Origin: Candidatus Poribacteria bacterium
GTDB taxonomy: Bacteria; Poribacteria; WGA-4E; PCPOR2b
Length of the DNA: 64,000 nucleotides
NCBI GenBank assembly: GCA_965215015.1
Contig: OZ244042.1
Coordinates: forward strand, 3,520,001-3,584,000
Direction: 5' to 3'
Positions 61,771-64,000 of this stretch are shown one piece after another; positions within the stretch are counted from its first letter, which is position 1; each line of letters starts with the position of its first letter. A program made the position numbers and the translations under genes. The notes under the pieces were generated by a model. It did not search any database. It saw only the letters and a list, made by a program, of their open reading frames with translations, and had not been told where the DNA came from.

Positions 61771-62316
61771 TCATTCTTCTCTTTGTGCTAGGGCTTTGAC
61801 ATGCCGCCACAAACCGGAACGTTGTTGCACATAAGGATTGCCCTGTTCAAGAGCGAATCTGCCAAACTGTTGCTGCAGGAGCCTATCCATGTAGGCAATA
61901 TCTGCATCTATCAACGTTAACGCGATTTGATGTACTGCATCCTCAATTGGTTGTCGGGTAATCAGAATTACATTCGCCACTGCGCTGTAATCCTTACCGG
62001 TCCAGCGGAGGTCATCATAGAGGAGGCGCGCTTCTTGCCGAGTGTGCGGGGCGTTATCTATCGCAACAACTGAATTCGAGGAGACCTGCCTATCGTAACG
62101 AATTGACGATGAAAAATAGATAAGGTCGGCGCGGTGGTGCAGGTAATGCGCTAAGAAGGTTTTCCCGACACCGGGGTTGCCCCACAGGTTGAGATACCCC
62201 TCCCTCCGTTGAATTGCGTTGTATATGGCATCTCGCGCAGATTCTTGAGACGGGGTTAAGGTCTCGCCCGTTTCCGCTAATCGCAAGAGGTAGTTGTGAT
62301 ACGCTAGCCAATTCAT
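61771..62316 (-). CDS. Small P-loop NTPase
   Basis: GNPGVGKT Walker A, VVAIDN Walker B-like, ILITR; ATGA overlap with upstream gene. Confidence 0.75.
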   Translation of the reverse strand: MNWLAYHNYLLRLAETGETLTPSQESARDAIYNAIQRREGYLNLWGNPGVGKTFLAHYLHHRADLIYFSSSIRYDRQVSSNSVVAIDNAPHTRQEARLLYDDLRWTGKDYSAVANVILITRQPIEDAVHQIALTLIDADIAYMDRLLQQQFGRFALEQGNPYVQQRSGLWRHVKALAQREE

Positions 62317-64000
62317 CTTCTATGAACAGTTAAGTTGACTAAGTTGGCTTGATAGAGCTCTTCTAGAGATTCAAGAATCTCTTTAGTTGAGTTGAAGTTT
62401 CCATCGCTAAGGAGTCTAACAATCAGTTCGGTGAAGTCCTCCGTGTGTGTTAGCTTATTTCGTAACCTTTGCGCTTTTAGGCTTAGATCTGGTCTCAACG
62501 CGTCCAGTTCGCGTTCAATCTGTTTCCGCCTGTCAGCGAGGGGCTCCCCCTCTTTGAGTTTTGAAAGGAGTTTATCAACCCATTCGGACAATTTTATATC
62601 AACTTCTTCTGGCATAAATTCACTGCAGACATGCTGAAATCCGTCATCTAGTTTGCCTAAATCTTGGCGCAACTGAACTGCTTTCGCTTTCAGTGCCTCG
62701 GGAACGTTAAAAACCTCAATTGGCTTCAGCAGTTCGCGTTTCCGTTGATCGCTTTCGGCTTGTACCTTATCAACCATAGATTTCAACTTTTCTACTGCAT
62801 TTTCGCGTACTTTTCGGTAGCAGCCTTCACTATCGATAGGATTGAAATCTACCAGTGGTGGTGTATCAGACACGCGTCTCAACTGCTCTACAATGCTGGA
62901 TTGGTAGGCGATAAATGCGTCTTTCCTTCCCGTTAGCAACTGATCGAATTCATCCTTAATCGCTGAGCACAGCGTTTTAAAATGCTCATGGTTCCCCAAA
63001 ACGTCCTTGAGGCTTAACCGCTTCTCGGCGAGATGTTGCCTTATATCCCGCTGCACAATATCCAGCCGATCAATGAGATTCTGCACCGCCGCGTCTTTTA
63101 CACTGTCAGCCATAAGCTGTCCATTACGCTCTATTTCGCTGGCTAAAACGCGCCATCGCTCAAAAAGCAGAAAGAGTTCCTCCACATTTTCACCGTCTTG
63201 CCCAAGTCTGCTCATGTCAGTCTCAATTTGGGCACGAGCACCTCGCAACCGAGTGGCAGTTTCAATGGCATTCTGCGGCGTTACATCTGCTTGGTATTTA
63301 ACGATTTCTCTATTGCAGAGGCCCTGAATCGTTGCCTGAATCTTGCCAATATTCTCTGAAAGCTTTGTATAAGCCAATTTCACTTCGGGCTGGATACTTT
63401 TCTGAAAAAGAATCGTAGAAAACTCAGTTGTGGGATAACCAGTCGTCTGTTCTAAGACTCGCGGCACCTCACGGCGCAGTGTTTCCACCTGATTAATCTT
63501 CCGGCGGAGGTTATCATGCTCAGTCTTAACCCATTCTGCACAGTGATTCTTTAGGTTCGTCTCAACCGAATTCAGTTCCTGCCGCAATGCATCTTTCTGT
63601 ACTTCGTCGTTTTCAATGCTGATGGTATGCGCTAAGGCTTGCGCGGCGGAGAGGTTCTCGCATTTGAAGGTAAAGCCGTTTTCCTGTGCCAAGGCAACAA
63701 TCCGTTCCAAACATTCCAGTTTGGTTTTCTGTTCGGCAAAATTGATGAACGTCTCTACCAGATAGAGGTGCGATGTACCGGCTACGTCTTTTCTATCTGC
63801 TATCCCGCGTGCTTGGAGCGTTTCTATCAATGCGTCAATCTCTTCTTCAAGATACCCTAGTTCGGCGGCTTGCCTATGAATTGCAGAGAGTTTTAGAGCG
63901 TTGGCCTCGGCTGCGCCAATCGTGAGCGTCTCCGAAGTGTTCTTGAGCTGCTCAAGGAGGCGTTTTTCAAGTGGATGGAGGGTAAAATAGACAGCCACTC
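62313..64000 (-). CDS. C-terminal part of a large coiled-coil protein with probable winged-helix end (5' end outside window)
   Basis: At least 561 aa open to the window edge; helical/heptad composition; C-terminal LEELYQANLVNLTV. Confidence 0.75.
   Translation of the reverse strand, partial: VAVYFTLHPLEKRLLEQLKNTSETLTIGAAEANALKLSAIHRQAAELGYLEEEIDALIETLQARGIADRKDVAGTSHLYLVETFINFAEQKTKLECLERIVALAQENGFTFKCENLSAAQALAHTISIENDEVQKDALRQELNSVETNLKNHCAEWVKTEHDNLRRKINQVETLRREVPRVLEQTTGYPTTEFSTILFQKSIQPEVKLAYTKLSENIGKIQATIQGLCNREIVKYQADVTPQNAIETATRLRGARAQIETDMSRLGQDGENVEELFLLFERWRVLASEIERNGQLMADSVKDAAVQNLIDRLDIVQRDIRQHLAEKRLSLKDVLGNHEHFKTLCSAIKDEFDQLLTGRKDAFIAYQSSIVEQLRRVSDTPPLVDFNPIDSEGCYRKVRENAVEKLKSMVDKVQAESDQRKRELLKPIEVFNVPEALKAKAVQLRQDLGKLDDGFQHVCSEFMPEEVDIKLSEWVDKLLSKLKEGEPLADRRKQIERELDALRPDLSLKAQRLRNKLTHTEDFTELIVRLLSDGNFNSTKEILESLEELYQANLVNLTVHRR

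Noticed and set aside
1-64000. Many 60-190 aa alternative-frame or antisense ORFs; tRNA/rRNA genes
   Set aside because: They overlap well-supported genes and lack motifs; no tRNA or rRNA signatures were recognised by eye

Overview
Bacterial chromosomal window with no rRNA, tRNA or CRISPR array seen. The gene content (three PhyH dioxygenases, three Gfo/Idh/MocA oxidoreductases, a sulfatase, ankyrin/WD40/TPR/vWA proteins, a UBact-proteasome operon) suggests a Ca. Poribacteria-like organism; this is inference only. Main blocks: (1) a SenB/TIGR04348-like glycosyltransferase cut by the left edge, with an in-frame TGA where I recall homologues having Cys, followed by a SECIS-like hairpin; (2) gpsA, a GlmL-like gene and an Rpn nuclease with an internal RpnS-type start; (3) a defence island at 8.9-18.7 kb with a membrane-anchored TerY-P triad, an Hhe-like DUF4011 helicase/Vsr-type nuclease and DNA methyltransferases; (4) metabolic and transport genes; (5) an atypical DnaA paralogue and era; (6) a complete arc-dop-ubact-prcB-prcA-pafA operon; (7) radC whose 3' end is triplicated in 371-bp units; (8) at the right edge, a translationally coupled operon (large coiled-coil protein, small P-loop NTPase, PglZ-like phosphoesterase, HerA-like ATPase) that looks like a non-canonical BREX-related defence system. 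Intergenic DNA is rich in several short MITE/REP-like families. All family calls come from motif recognition by eye; no searches were run.
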